From positions 147,785 to 211,784 of the IMG/VR virus record IMGVR_UViG_3300044633_003049: a stretch of 64,000 nt of DNA. One strand, given 5' to 3'. The notes beneath the pieces are model-generated. The model was given only the letters and a program-made list of their open reading frames with translations. It searched no databases and had not been told where the DNA came from. The position numbers and the translations under genes were made by a program. Shown here piece by piece: positions 39,752 through 48,867 of this stretch. The first letter of the stretch is position 1. Each line of letters opens with the position of its first letter.

Positions 39752-41032
39752 TTAAAATAAATATCCTACCGATATATTTGAATTTATTGATGGTCTATCC
39801 GATAAAATAATATACGAGTTATCATCTGAAACAATAAATCCGATACCTTGTTGTTCTGCCAATCCATTAATCTCAACTGTAACAACACTATTAATCATTT
39901 CATTTGTATCAAACATTGGTCTATTATTGGTTGGTGGGTCAAAAAAAGATCCCGAACCTGTGAATTGAAACTCTTCTCTAACAAAACTAAAAATTGTACC
40001 TGATGTTCCTACTATTCTACTATTTTTACTTTTATAATAAACAATGGTGAGTTTACTTCCGGCGGTTGGGATATATGGAGAAACAAATTCTATTTTTGAA
40101 GTGTAAGTAATATGTAAATAATTTGTATTTTTTGTTTGTAATACATCATTTACATAAACACCGAATAATGTACCAATACTTTCACCAACATCAAAAACAG
40201 TTTGAATTCCGTCAACTGCTAAATTTACAGTTTGTATTATATCATTAGTATTAACAACTTTATTGACACCAAATTTGGGATTGTCTTTTATAAACTCAAA
40301 CATGGTAAATAATCTATTAATGGCGGGTTTCACTTCAAACTCCTCACTATCTATCAAATAACCTAACATTGTAAATTGGTAATTCTGAACGTAAAATCTA
40401 CGTCCGTCAATCGTTTCAATTGGACTATTATCTTCAATCTTATCAAGAACAATAGGAATGTAATGTCCTTTAATCATTGTGTAATCTTGTCTTGACGCAA
40501 AGTGACGTAATATGATTTTATTAAACTTGTTTAAATCTCTAAATTTATTACATATAATTGTTACATCATAAGTAATATCCACAGGGATAGGTTGTGGGAT
40601 TGTATATATATCCGCACCTAATTGTGAACCATTCCAATTCGGAACTGATGCATAATAAACTTGGTATCTATCGGGTATTGTTCTTTGAACTGCCGGATTT
40701 GTTCCAAATTGAACGTCAGGTTTTCTAATGGTTGCAATAAATGGAAGTTGCATGTTCCCGTCTTCATCACTAAACGACCAATTCTGCATAAACTCTCCCC
40801 ATCTTTGTATTGTAAGAATTTTATTTATAATTGGGATTTGTTTACCGTCAGTTACAACCTTAAATGTTTTTGTAACATAATCTAACATACCCCTATCTAA
40901 ATCATCGTGTAATATAGAATCGGGAAGATTCGTATCTGATTTGGTAATATTATCCAAAAGTTCCTGTCTCCTTTTAGTGAGTTCAGAACCTTTATAGATT
41001 TCAATATTTGTTTTTCTTTTAGGTATTCCCAT
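39752..41032 (-). CDS. Tail completion/terminator-like protein (gp15-like N-terminus) with C-terminal beta-sandwich extension
   Basis: DLDRGMLDYV, LPFI...R, PIPVDITYDVTI; start MGIPKRK at 41032 preferred because the track start overlaps the upstream gene. Confidence 0.55.
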   Translation of the reverse strand: MGIPKRKTNIEIYKGSELTKRRQELLDNITKSDTNLPDSILHDDLDRGMLDYVTKTFKVVTDGKQIPIINKILTIQRWGEFMQNWSFSDEDGNMQLPFIATIRKPDVQFGTNPAVQRTIPDRYQVYYASVPNWNGSQLGADIYTIPQPIPVDITYDVTIICNKFRDLNKFNKIILRHFASRQDYTMIKGHYIPIVLDKIEDNSPIETIDGRRFYVQNYQFTMLGYLIDSEEFEVKPAINRLFTMFEFIKDNPKFGVNKVVNTNDIIQTVNLAVDGIQTVFDVGESIGTLFGVYVNDVLQTKNTNYLHITYTSKIEFVSPYIPTAGSKLTIVYYKSKNSRIVGTSGTIFSFVREEFQFTGSGSFFDPPTNNRPMFDTNEMINSVVTVEINGLAEQQGIGFIVSDDNSYIILSDRPSINSNISVGYLF

Positions 41033-41033
41033 G

Positions 41034-41552
41034 TTATACTCCTCTAAATGTATTGTCTTGTACCGCAGTACATACAATGTTTCTATAATATGGTTTGTAA
41101 CCAAACATATTATGTTTATTATCTGATGTTACCTTTCCGTCATTTGAAACATTATAATATCTTGTTCTTGTTTCAGATTCAGGATATCCAATAAAATCTC
41201 CGTATTTAATGTCAACCTTCAATTCTTCTAAATGTTTTATATATACCGATAATGTCATATTACCTGGTTCGTTGTATCTTAATAACCCACCTTTATATGT
41301 ACTATTCTTTGGTTCTTCTATTTTAACTAACGCATAAAACTCAATAGGTGGGAAATATTTAATTTCATCCACTCCAACTTCGGCGTAAACGTCGTCGTTT
41401 TCTGTTTTTTGTTTATCTACACGATATAGTACCAATTTTATCCCCAAATCACCATGAAGGTACTCCTGACCCATTTGAATATTTAAATCAAAGTCGTCTT
41501 GAGAAAGGAATTTGGACATTCTCGTAATAGGTAGTTTATTATTCATATCCAT
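41034..41552 (-). CDS. Head closure / neck protein (gp14-like)
   Basis: Position upstream of the tail-completion gene; LYRVD, GNMTLSVYIKHLEELKVDIKYGDFI. Confidence 0.5.
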   Translation of the reverse strand: MDMNNKLPITRMSKFLSQDDFDLNIQMGQEYLHGDLGIKLVLYRVDKQKTENDDVYAEVGVDEIKYFPPIEFYALVKIEEPKNSTYKGGLLRYNEPGNMTLSVYIKHLEELKVDIKYGDFIGYPESETRTRYYNVSNDGKVTSDNKHNMFGYKPYYRNIVCTAVQDNTFRGV

Positions 41553-41600
41553 ATAAATAGTTTAATCTTTCATTCTATTTAGTTATATTGTATATATTAT

Positions 41601-43352
41601 ATGGAGATAAAAATTCCCGAGATTGAAGCGAGAAGTATATTATTAACTTACGAAGGTTCCAATAACCAATTATTGGATTGGAAAAGAAAGATAGATGAGG
41701 TTAAAAATTTTAAGTTAACCAGACCCCAAGCTGAATATGTAATGAAATATTACGAATTGAGTCCAAAGGTCGCTAGAAAATATATTAATTTGGTTTCCAC
41801 ATTTGGAGAAAAAATTATGGAAGAAAGGTTATTACCTGTCCCTCCTGAAAAAATTTGGTGTGAAAAATTGTTATGTGAATCTGATAAAGCTTTTCATATA
41901 TGGGGTAAAGTTTTAGATAGTGACCAAATGAGTGCAATGTGGTTACCAAAGTCCGCAATTGTCCAAGATGAGAAAAAGTTAAATCGTGTAATAGATTATA
42001 GTCCGTATGATAATCGTCCTCCTATGGAACATCAGAAAGTCGCCATTGAGAAATTATTAGCAAACAATAAGTTTATATTGGCCGATGATATGGGTCTTGG
42101 AAAAACGACGGCAGCGGTTATTGCATCAATGGAAAGTGGTGCGAAGAAAGTATTAATTGTATGTCCCGCGTCTCTTAAAATAAATTGGGATAGAGAGATT
42201 AAAAATTACACCGATAGAAAAGTATTAATAGTTGAAGGTCGTAAATGGGGTTCTACCTTTGATTACTACATTATCAATTACGATATATTAAAGAATTACC
42301 ACACTACAGAAAAAAGTGAAGATAGTGATGACTATAAATTATTGGTAAATGAAAAGTTTGATTTAGCAATTGTGGATGAAGCACATTATGTTAGTAATAG
42401 CACGGCGAACAGAACTCGTTTATTGAATGATGTATTAGAAACCATACCACGAGTTTGGTTATTAACAGGAACCCCAATGACGTCAAGACCAATTAACTAT
42501 TTTAATTTATTAAAGATTGTTGATTCACCTTTAACATTGAATTGGCAATCTTATGTTCGTCGTTATTGTAAAGGTTATCAATTCACAGTTGGAAATAGAA
42601 AAGTGTGGAACACAAGTGGTGCAAGTAATTTGGATGAGTTAAGAGAAAGAACAAAGTCATATGTTCTTCGTAGAATGAAAACAGATATTTTAGATTTACC
42701 TGAAAAAATTGTTACACCTGTATTTGTAGAGTTAAGTAGTAAAATGTATGATGAGGAGTTAGAAGAGTTTACAAGAATTAGTAATGATAAGAAGGACAAT
42801 GAAACTATTAGTGTTACCTTAAATCGTTTAATGAAAATTAGACAACTTATTGCTTACGAAAAAATTCCATATACTTGTGAGATTATAGACAAATGTTTAG
42901 ACCAAGGAAAGAAAGTAATTGTATTCACCAACTTTACAATGTCATTAGATATGTTACATGAGAAATACAAAAAGAACTCTGTAATATTAAATGGTAGTAT
43001 GTCTAAAGAAAAGAAACAAGAAAGTGTTGATAGATTTCAAAATGAAGATAAGGTAAAAATATTTATCTCAAATATTATTGCTGGTGGTGTTGGTATTACA
43101 TTAACCGCCGGTGAAGTTGTGGTTATGAATGACTTATCATTTGTACCTGCACATCATAGTCAAGCCGAAGATAGAGCATATCGTTATGGTCAACAGAATA
43201 GTGTATTAGTATATTATCCCGTTTTTGAGAATACAGTTGAGAAAATCATCTATAATATATTACAAAAGAAAAAAGGAATCATCGACCAAGTTATGGGAGA
43301 TGGTGAATACTCAGAATCGTTCAGTAAGGATTTACTTAAAAGTCTCTTGTAA
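41601..43352 (+). CDS. SNF2/SWI2-family helicase (HARP/SMARCAL1-like)
   Basis: ILADDMGLGKT, IVDEAH, LLTGTP, GVGITLT, QAEDRAYRYGQ. Confidence 0.9.
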   Translation: MEIKIPEIEARSILLTYEGSNNQLLDWKRKIDEVKNFKLTRPQAEYVMKYYELSPKVARKYINLVSTFGEKIMEERLLPVPPEKIWCEKLLCESDKAFHIWGKVLDSDQMSAMWLPKSAIVQDEKKLNRVIDYSPYDNRPPMEHQKVAIEKLLANNKFILADDMGLGKTTAAVIASMESGAKKVLIVCPASLKINWDREIKNYTDRKVLIVEGRKWGSTFDYYIINYDILKNYHTTEKSEDSDDYKLLVNEKFDLAIVDEAHYVSNSTANRTRLLNDVLETIPRVWLLTGTPMTSRPINYFNLLKIVDSPLTLNWQSYVRRYCKGYQFTVGNRKVWNTSGASNLDELRERTKSYVLRRMKTDILDLPEKIVTPVFVELSSKMYDEELEEFTRISNDKKDNETISVTLNRLMKIRQLIAYEKIPYTCEIIDKCLDQGKKVIVFTNFTMSLDMLHEKYKKNSVILNGSMSKEKKQESVDRFQNEDKVKIFISNIIAGGVGITLTAGEVVVMNDLSFVPAHHSQAEDRAYRYGQQNSVLVYYPVFENTVEKIIYNILQKKKGIIDQVMGDGEYSESFSKDLLKSLL

Positions 43353-44351
43353 TTTTATAAAAAACTCAGACAATTCATTTGATAAATTTTCATCTAAAAA
43401 ATTACCAATTGTTATCATTACGACATCATCTTTAATTTCCATTAAATTGGTACCGCTTTTAACATATTGTAATTCAATTATTAATTCAGGTTTGTTATAG
43501 ATAAATTCTGTAATTTTATGTAAAGTTTCAGGTACTTCCATATGTTCATTAATTTTTATTGGTTGTAATATTTCCTTACGGAAAGTATGATTTATAGTTC
43601 CTCTTATTATATATTGTAATAAATTTTGAAATGTGACTATTGTTGTTTTATTGTCTTTAAAATCAACAAAACAATAATATTTAGCTTTTGATTTTAAATC
43701 ATTAACTGAACTTTCAACAACAAAACCTATTTCATTTTCTTGAATTATTTTTCCCGATTTAACTTGTATTGTTATTATTTCACCACAATCATTTTCAATT
43801 ATTATGTCAATACCTTTAAAATCGTTACCGTCCCCTCTCATAATACTAAAATCCATTTTAAGTATTTTACAGTCAGGAAAAAGTTCCCTTATTTTATACA
43901 TAACTGCAATAGTGGTTACCTGACCTCTTCCCCAAGATTTATTACAACGACGCCAAAAATTTTTAAAATATTTTTCTTCAATGTTCATAGTAAAAAATAA
44001 ATCAAAGTTCTCATCTACAAATTCAAATAACTTATCAATATTTTCAAATAACGTGGTCGGATTATCGTAATCTAAGGTTTCATTTTTAAAATGTTTATAT
44101 AAATAAAAGAGATCTAAAGTACAATAAGGATGTGTATTAACGGTATTTCTCCAACACCAAATTGATTGTTCATTTAAAATACCATAATTTCCTCTCCACC
44201 AGAAACCCCAAATTCCAAGTCTCTCACCATTTCTTTTGAAGACCTCATTACATTTTTTAATATAATATGACTTAAATGTATCATTCTGAAAAAGGTTATG
44301 AAAATAATTGTGTCTTAAATTATAAGGACTGTAAGGATATATTTCTATCAT
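43332..44351 (-). CDS. Hypothetical protein with a PD-(D/E)xK-like nuclease motif
   Basis: DFKGIDIIIENDCGEIITIQVKS; aromatic-rich N-terminus; opposite strand to both neighbours. Confidence 0.45.
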   Translation of the reverse strand: MIEIYPYSPYNLRHNYFHNLFQNDTFKSYYIKKCNEVFKRNGERLGIWGFWWRGNYGILNEQSIWCWRNTVNTHPYCTLDLFYLYKHFKNETLDYDNPTTLFENIDKLFEFVDENFDLFFTMNIEEKYFKNFWRRCNKSWGRGQVTTIAVMYKIRELFPDCKILKMDFSIMRGDGNDFKGIDIIIENDCGEIITIQVKSGKIIQENEIGFVVESSVNDLKSKAKYYCFVDFKDNKTTIVTFQNLLQYIIRGTINHTFRKEILQPIKINEHMEVPETLHKITEFIYNKPELIIELQYVKSGTNLMEIKDDVVMITIGNFLDENLSNELSEFFIKLQETFK

Positions 44352-44390
44352 AAGTTCAAATTTACACTATTTATTAGAATATACCAAATT

Positions 44391-45506
44391 ATGGCCACTA
44401 TTATTACACCGGAAGAAAGAGATAAATTATATACGCAGGTTTTTCACCTTTTGGGGATGCCAGTTCGTGGAATTGAACTTACACAGGAACAAATGGATAC
44501 CTTTTTAGAGTTATCTCTATCAGAATACGAACAATACGTTAGTGATTGGTTAATTGAGTCTCAATGGTCAGCATTGGCCGGACTTGATTTAGATACACAA
44601 TCCCTTTCAAGGGCTTTCACAACAAGAAGTTTAGATTACGAAACTCAATATACTCACTCATATTCCAAAATTGTAGGTTTACAGGCTGGAGGAACAAGTG
44701 AATTAAAGAAGGACTATTTTACAGTTTCACAAGGTCAACAAGTATATGAAATCCCTGCTGGTCGTGAAATTAACGAGTTATTATACTTTACACGTGCAAC
44801 TTTAAATGACTCAATTGTTGATCCATTTTTAGGTGGTTTTGGTGCACTTGGTGGTGTTGGTTTCGGTGGTGTGGGTGGATATGCTCAAGTTGGGACCGCT
44901 GGTTCATATTTTATGACACCGGGTTTTGACCTATTATTAAGAATGCAAGATAGAAACTTTAAGAGTAGAATGATTGGTGGTGATTTAACTTATAAGATTA
45001 CCGCGGGTCCTGAAGGTAAGAAATTGGTACACCTTTATAACGTACCAGGTGGTAAATTTGACTTTGGTTCTATCGCTAAAAATAACTACAACGTTTGGTA
45101 TTGGTACTATGAAACTATGGATAGAGATACTTGTTTAGAGAAAAACAAAGATGTTATTAAATTACCTTCGGATGTAATGACGGAAGAATTAACATGGGGT
45201 AGTTTAAATAAACCTTCACAGAATTGGGTTAGAAAATATCTAATCGGTTATTCTAAAGAAGGTTTAGGTCGTATATGGGGTAAGTTTTCAGGTGATTTAC
45301 AAGTTCCTGATAGTACAATTAAATTAGATTACAGTTCATTAATTACTGAAGGTAAAGATGAAAAATCTAAATTGGTTGAAGAACTTATGGCAAGATTAGA
45401 AAGATTACGTCCTGACAAAATACTTGAAAGAAAAGCAGGTGAGGCAGAGAACCTAAACAAATCTCTTAAGTTTAGAGCAATGCCTGCACCTATTAATATT
45501 ATCTAA
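44391..45506 (+). CDS. Neck / head-tail adaptor protein (gp13-like)
   Basis: LGMPVRGIELTQEQMDTFLELSLSEY N-terminus; WVRKY.....KEGLGRIWGKF; LITEGKDEK..L.EEL. Confidence 0.8.
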   Translation: MATIITPEERDKLYTQVFHLLGMPVRGIELTQEQMDTFLELSLSEYEQYVSDWLIESQWSALAGLDLDTQSLSRAFTTRSLDYETQYTHSYSKIVGLQAGGTSELKKDYFTVSQGQQVYEIPAGREINELLYFTRATLNDSIVDPFLGGFGALGGVGFGGVGGYAQVGTAGSYFMTPGFDLLLRMQDRNFKSRMIGGDLTYKITAGPEGKKLVHLYNVPGGKFDFGSIAKNNYNVWYWYYETMDRDTCLEKNKDVIKLPSDVMTEELTWGSLNKPSQNWVRKYLIGYSKEGLGRIWGKFSGDLQVPDSTIKLDYSSLITEGKDEKSKLVEELMARLERLRPDKILERKAGEAENLNKSLKFRAMPAPINII

Positions 45507-48400
45507 CTTTCTATTGCGTGTAATGCATAATCATTACCATTAGTCTCAATAATTTCCTCTTCATTTGATTTGGTACTTTGTTCTTGAAACGAAATTACTT
45601 TTCTATTGTGGTCAACCCAAAATGGGTCGGCAAGTTCTAAACTATTTTCCACATACATAAAGTAAGGGTCTCTACCCACACGATTCCAAAATAATACTTC
45701 ACTATCTGATAAAGTCATTACCTCATCTAATTTATCTTGACCTTCTTCTTTTAATGGAAATCCATTAACTAATTCACATTGTAATTTTGTAAAGAATTGT
45801 CTTTGGTCAGGTGATTCAATTAATATATCTTCTCTAATTGATGGATGAAAAACAACTAACAATGGTTCAACACGTTTGTTAAAATTATTAAGATAACGAG
45901 GAACATTATAATCACCTTTTAAATCAGGATTATTTAATATTTCTTTTTCATCAATCATATAACAATTCACTTCAATGTAATCTTCGGGCATTGGCGTACC
46001 ATGTTTTGCAAGATATTCTTCTAAAACTTTCTTACTAGGTCTACTAACTTTCTGAACATCTCCAGATGATTTCTTAACACCATTATTTACATAATAAATT
46101 GTATCTCCTAATCCTGCGGGATAATCACTTCTCATAATTAATTCCATATGTGCTTGACGAGACATTAATGAACCAGCTTTAGTTGTCTTCTGAACATACT
46201 TTCTATAATCATTAATAGATTGTTTAACACGAGCTTTATTTGCAATTTTAGATAATGGAATTTCTTTATTATAGATTTTACTTACAAATTCATAATATAA
46301 TTCCACAAAAGATAATCCATCACCATTTAACAAATACTTTAATCCTTCATCTAAAAACTCTACGATATATGTTTGTAATTTTTTTGATTTGATTGTGTTA
46401 CCTGTTAATTTAATTTTCTCTTTTCCTTTCTTCATCATCTTAATGATATAGTTCTTACGAGAAACATTAATACAAGCCGGCGCCACATAGTCAATATCTA
46501 ATCCCATTTCATTTCTCATAAAGATATCATTGAATTCTGCGGTGTCCGCTTCAATACCTTTATATTCTTTTCCTAATGTAACCATTTCATTTAATCCTTT
46601 ACCAACATAAACCGTATCATCAATATTCAATGGTGTTTCAAAGTTCACACCATCCGTGTCCATTACCAAAGGTTTATAACCTTTCTTCATATAGAACATA
46701 ATCATCATCCTTAAACACTGACGACCAACACAGGTAATGGTTTCACCCATATTCATATCTCCCCAAGGGAATACGTGTGGTGCAGATAAACTACCGAAAT
46801 AAGCGTTGATAAAAATCTTAATTGGTAATTGTTTTCTATCATACATTTCAGCAAGAACTGGATCACTATTTTTTAATTCACCAGCAAGTAATTTATATTT
46901 GATACGAATATCACGGAAATATTTTAACATTGATTTTTGTACACCCATCACATCACAATCAGGGAACACATCATATACAAGTTGAATTGATGGATAAAGT
47001 GATGCGTAGTCAAACTTAACAATGTTCTTTGAATAACCTACGTTAAGTAATCTTGATAAACCACCAGTGATTGCACGTTTCTCATCTTTTGCTGGTATTG
47101 CTAAATTGTTTTCATAAGACCATGCTAACATAATAATTTTCCATAGTGTTGCAGTTCCCATTGTTGCAATTCTTTCATAAGTGGTAGGTACAAGTTTTGA
47201 TAATAAGAATGTTGATTGAGAAAATGAATCATCTACAACCATAGTCTCATACAAGTCATCGTCAAGATATTGTTCCACAATTTTTCTTCCTGTCCATATC
47301 TCAAATTTACCAGGATATTTCTGTGTTAGATTTTCTGTACCAGGTTCTCCAATTTGTTTGTAGTTTCCTGTCTTTGGATTTACATAATAACTTTCGTTAT
47401 CAAGATATATTTTTGAAATCTTTGCACCATCTACGTATACACGATTAGGTTTTTCTTTCTCCAAATATGTTGTAATATATTTTAATCCCCAACTTTTAAT
47501 TTCAGAATTGATAGCTTGTGCTCTACGAACTGAATGTGCAATATCAATAATATTAAATCCCCATATAACGTGTTGTTTGTATGGTTCAATTTCATTTGCA
47601 AGTTTTAACATTCCTTCCTTCTCTTTCATTCCTTGCGTTGTGAATATTTGTGTAAGACCATTAACGTCAACACCAAGTATTTCTGCACGTTTTAATATAA
47701 ATGGCCAGTCAAAGAACGCGGAGTTATAACCTGCAACAATGGTTGGTTTTAAATCTTTAATATACTTGAAAAATCTTTCTATACATTTCTTTTCACCGTC
47801 TTCACCAAATGCTGCAATTGTTTCGTTCATACCACGATTGTCTTTAACTCCAATTAATATAATAACACAAGTTTCAGGGTCAAGACCTGTGGTCTCAATA
47901 TCAAATACAAATCTATTAACACCACTATATTCATCAATACCTTTAAATAATCTTTTTTTCTTCTGTATAAGATATTGTTCTACAGGGTTTAATACGGTAA
48001 AATGTTGTCTAACTTTTTCGTCCCATGGATTTAATCCGCCCATTCTAAAGAACGATACTAAATCCGTATATGATTTAATACTCTTAACAATATGGGTCAT
48101 ACCATTTTCTAAACGTTCGTTGCCGTGTGTATCTAACTTTTCAATTAATATCCCAAACTCACCCATACGTTTTTTCTGCATGGCCTTTGAGTTGTTATAA
48201 AAATTTAATCCTGTTAAATCACCTACCCATATAAACGGTGTAAATGTATCAGATTTAATAATTTTTCCTTCAATTGGGTCTTGAATAATTTTCCAAATTG
48301 TATTGGTTGGGTAGTCATATTCAACACCGACGATATACATTTCGTCGTCACCACCATTGAGGAAGCCTTCAATAACTTCCTGAGAGATAACCTCTTTCAT
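45503..48400 (-). CDS. Family B DNA polymerase
   Basis: ExoI FDIETTG, ExoII GYNSAFFDWPF, motif A DYASLYPSI, motif B KIFINAYFG, motif C MDTDG. Confidence 0.92.
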   Translation of the reverse strand: MKEVISQEVIEGFLNGGDDEMYIVGVEYDYPTNTIWKIIQDPIEGKIIKSDTFTPFIWVGDLTGLNFYNNSKAMQKKRMGEFGILIEKLDTHGNERLENGMTHIVKSIKSYTDLVSFFRMGGLNPWDEKVRQHFTVLNPVEQYLIQKKKRLFKGIDEYSGVNRFVFDIETTGLDPETCVIILIGVKDNRGMNETIAAFGEDGEKKCIERFFKYIKDLKPTIVAGYNSAFFDWPFILKRAEILGVDVNGLTQIFTTQGMKEKEGMLKLANEIEPYKQHVIWGFNIIDIAHSVRRAQAINSEIKSWGLKYITTYLEKEKPNRVYVDGAKISKIYLDNESYYVNPKTGNYKQIGEPGTENLTQKYPGKFEIWTGRKIVEQYLDDDLYETMVVDDSFSQSTFLLSKLVPTTYERIATMGTATLWKIIMLAWSYENNLAIPAKDEKRAITGGLSRLLNVGYSKNIVKFDYASLYPSIQLVYDVFPDCDVMGVQKSMLKYFRDIRIKYKLLAGELKNSDPVLAEMYDRKQLPIKIFINAYFGSLSAPHVFPWGDMNMGETITCVGRQCLRMMIMFYMKKGYKPLVMDTDGVNFETPLNIDDTVYVGKGLNEMVTLGKEYKGIEADTAEFNDIFMRNEMGLDIDYVAPACINVSRKNYIIKMMKKGKEKIKLTGNTIKSKKLQTYIVEFLDEGLKYLLNGDGLSFVELYYEFVSKIYNKEIPLSKIANKARVKQSINDYRKYVQKTTKAGSLMSRQAHMELIMRSDYPAGLGDTIYYVNNGVKKSSGDVQKVSRPSKKVLEEYLAKHGTPMPEDYIEVNCYMIDEKEILNNPDLKGDYNVPRYLNNFNKRVEPLLVVFHPSIREDILIESPDQRQFFTKLQCELVNGFPLKEEGQDKLDEVMTLSDSEVLFWNRVGRDPYFMYVENSLELADPFWVDHNRKVISFQEQSTKSNEEEIIETNGNDYALHAIES

Positions 48401-48432
48401 CTTTTAATTTTTTTTAATGTGACGTATTAGCT

Positions 48433-48447
48433 TGTGATTAAATCACA
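48433..48447. promoter_or_regulatory. Palindrome tgtgatt-a-aatcaca upstream of the polymerase start
   Basis: 7-bp arms, about 33 nt upstream of the ATG at 48400. Confidence 0.4.
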
Positions 48448-48491
48448 GTTTGCCTTGTTTACATTAATAAGTATAAGAAAAAAAGGAGGTA

Positions 48492-48845
48492 TTAAAAAAT
48501 ATTAATGTATAATTTTTCCTTAACGGGTAATATAAGTTTATTACCATTATCAAACGACACATTTACTTTTCCTTCAAATTTACCTATTTCAGATGTCTGT
48601 TGTTCAGTGAATCTATAAACGATATAATATTCGTCAGTCGTTTGGTTATATAATTTTGTTCTTGTTGTGATATTACAAGTTTCATTTAATAATACGGGTT
48701 CACCGGTACTAACATCAAACATGTCAAATGTGATTGTTGCATTTTCCAATAAATCATTAAATGATGATTTGTCGTTTTTACCGTCATCAATCATCCTCAT
48801 TTTTAATATTGGGTCAGATGCCCCTTGTCTTATAAAGAATTCCAT
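48492..48845 (-). CDS. BppU N-terminal-like baseplate/adaptor domain protein
   Basis: FFIRQGASDPILKM, ATITFDM, YRF...QT...GKFEGKVNV.F....LILP. Confidence 0.55.
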   Translation of the reverse strand: MEFFIRQGASDPILKMRMIDDGKNDKSSFNDLLENATITFDMFDVSTGEPVLLNETCNITTRTKLYNQTTDEYYIVYRFTEQQTSEIGKFEGKVNVSFDNGNKLILPVKEKLYINIF

Positions 48846-48867
48846 ATGTTATAAATATATATTTTTG

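Noticed and set aside
12779-48400. Inteins or self-splicing introns in RNR, helicases, RecA or polymerase
   Set aside because: Proteins have ordinary lengths and continuous motifs; no C...HN intein ends or LAGLIDADG motifs were seen
48433-48447. CRP binding site
   Set aside because: The spacer between TGTGA and TCACA is 5 bp rather than 6 bp
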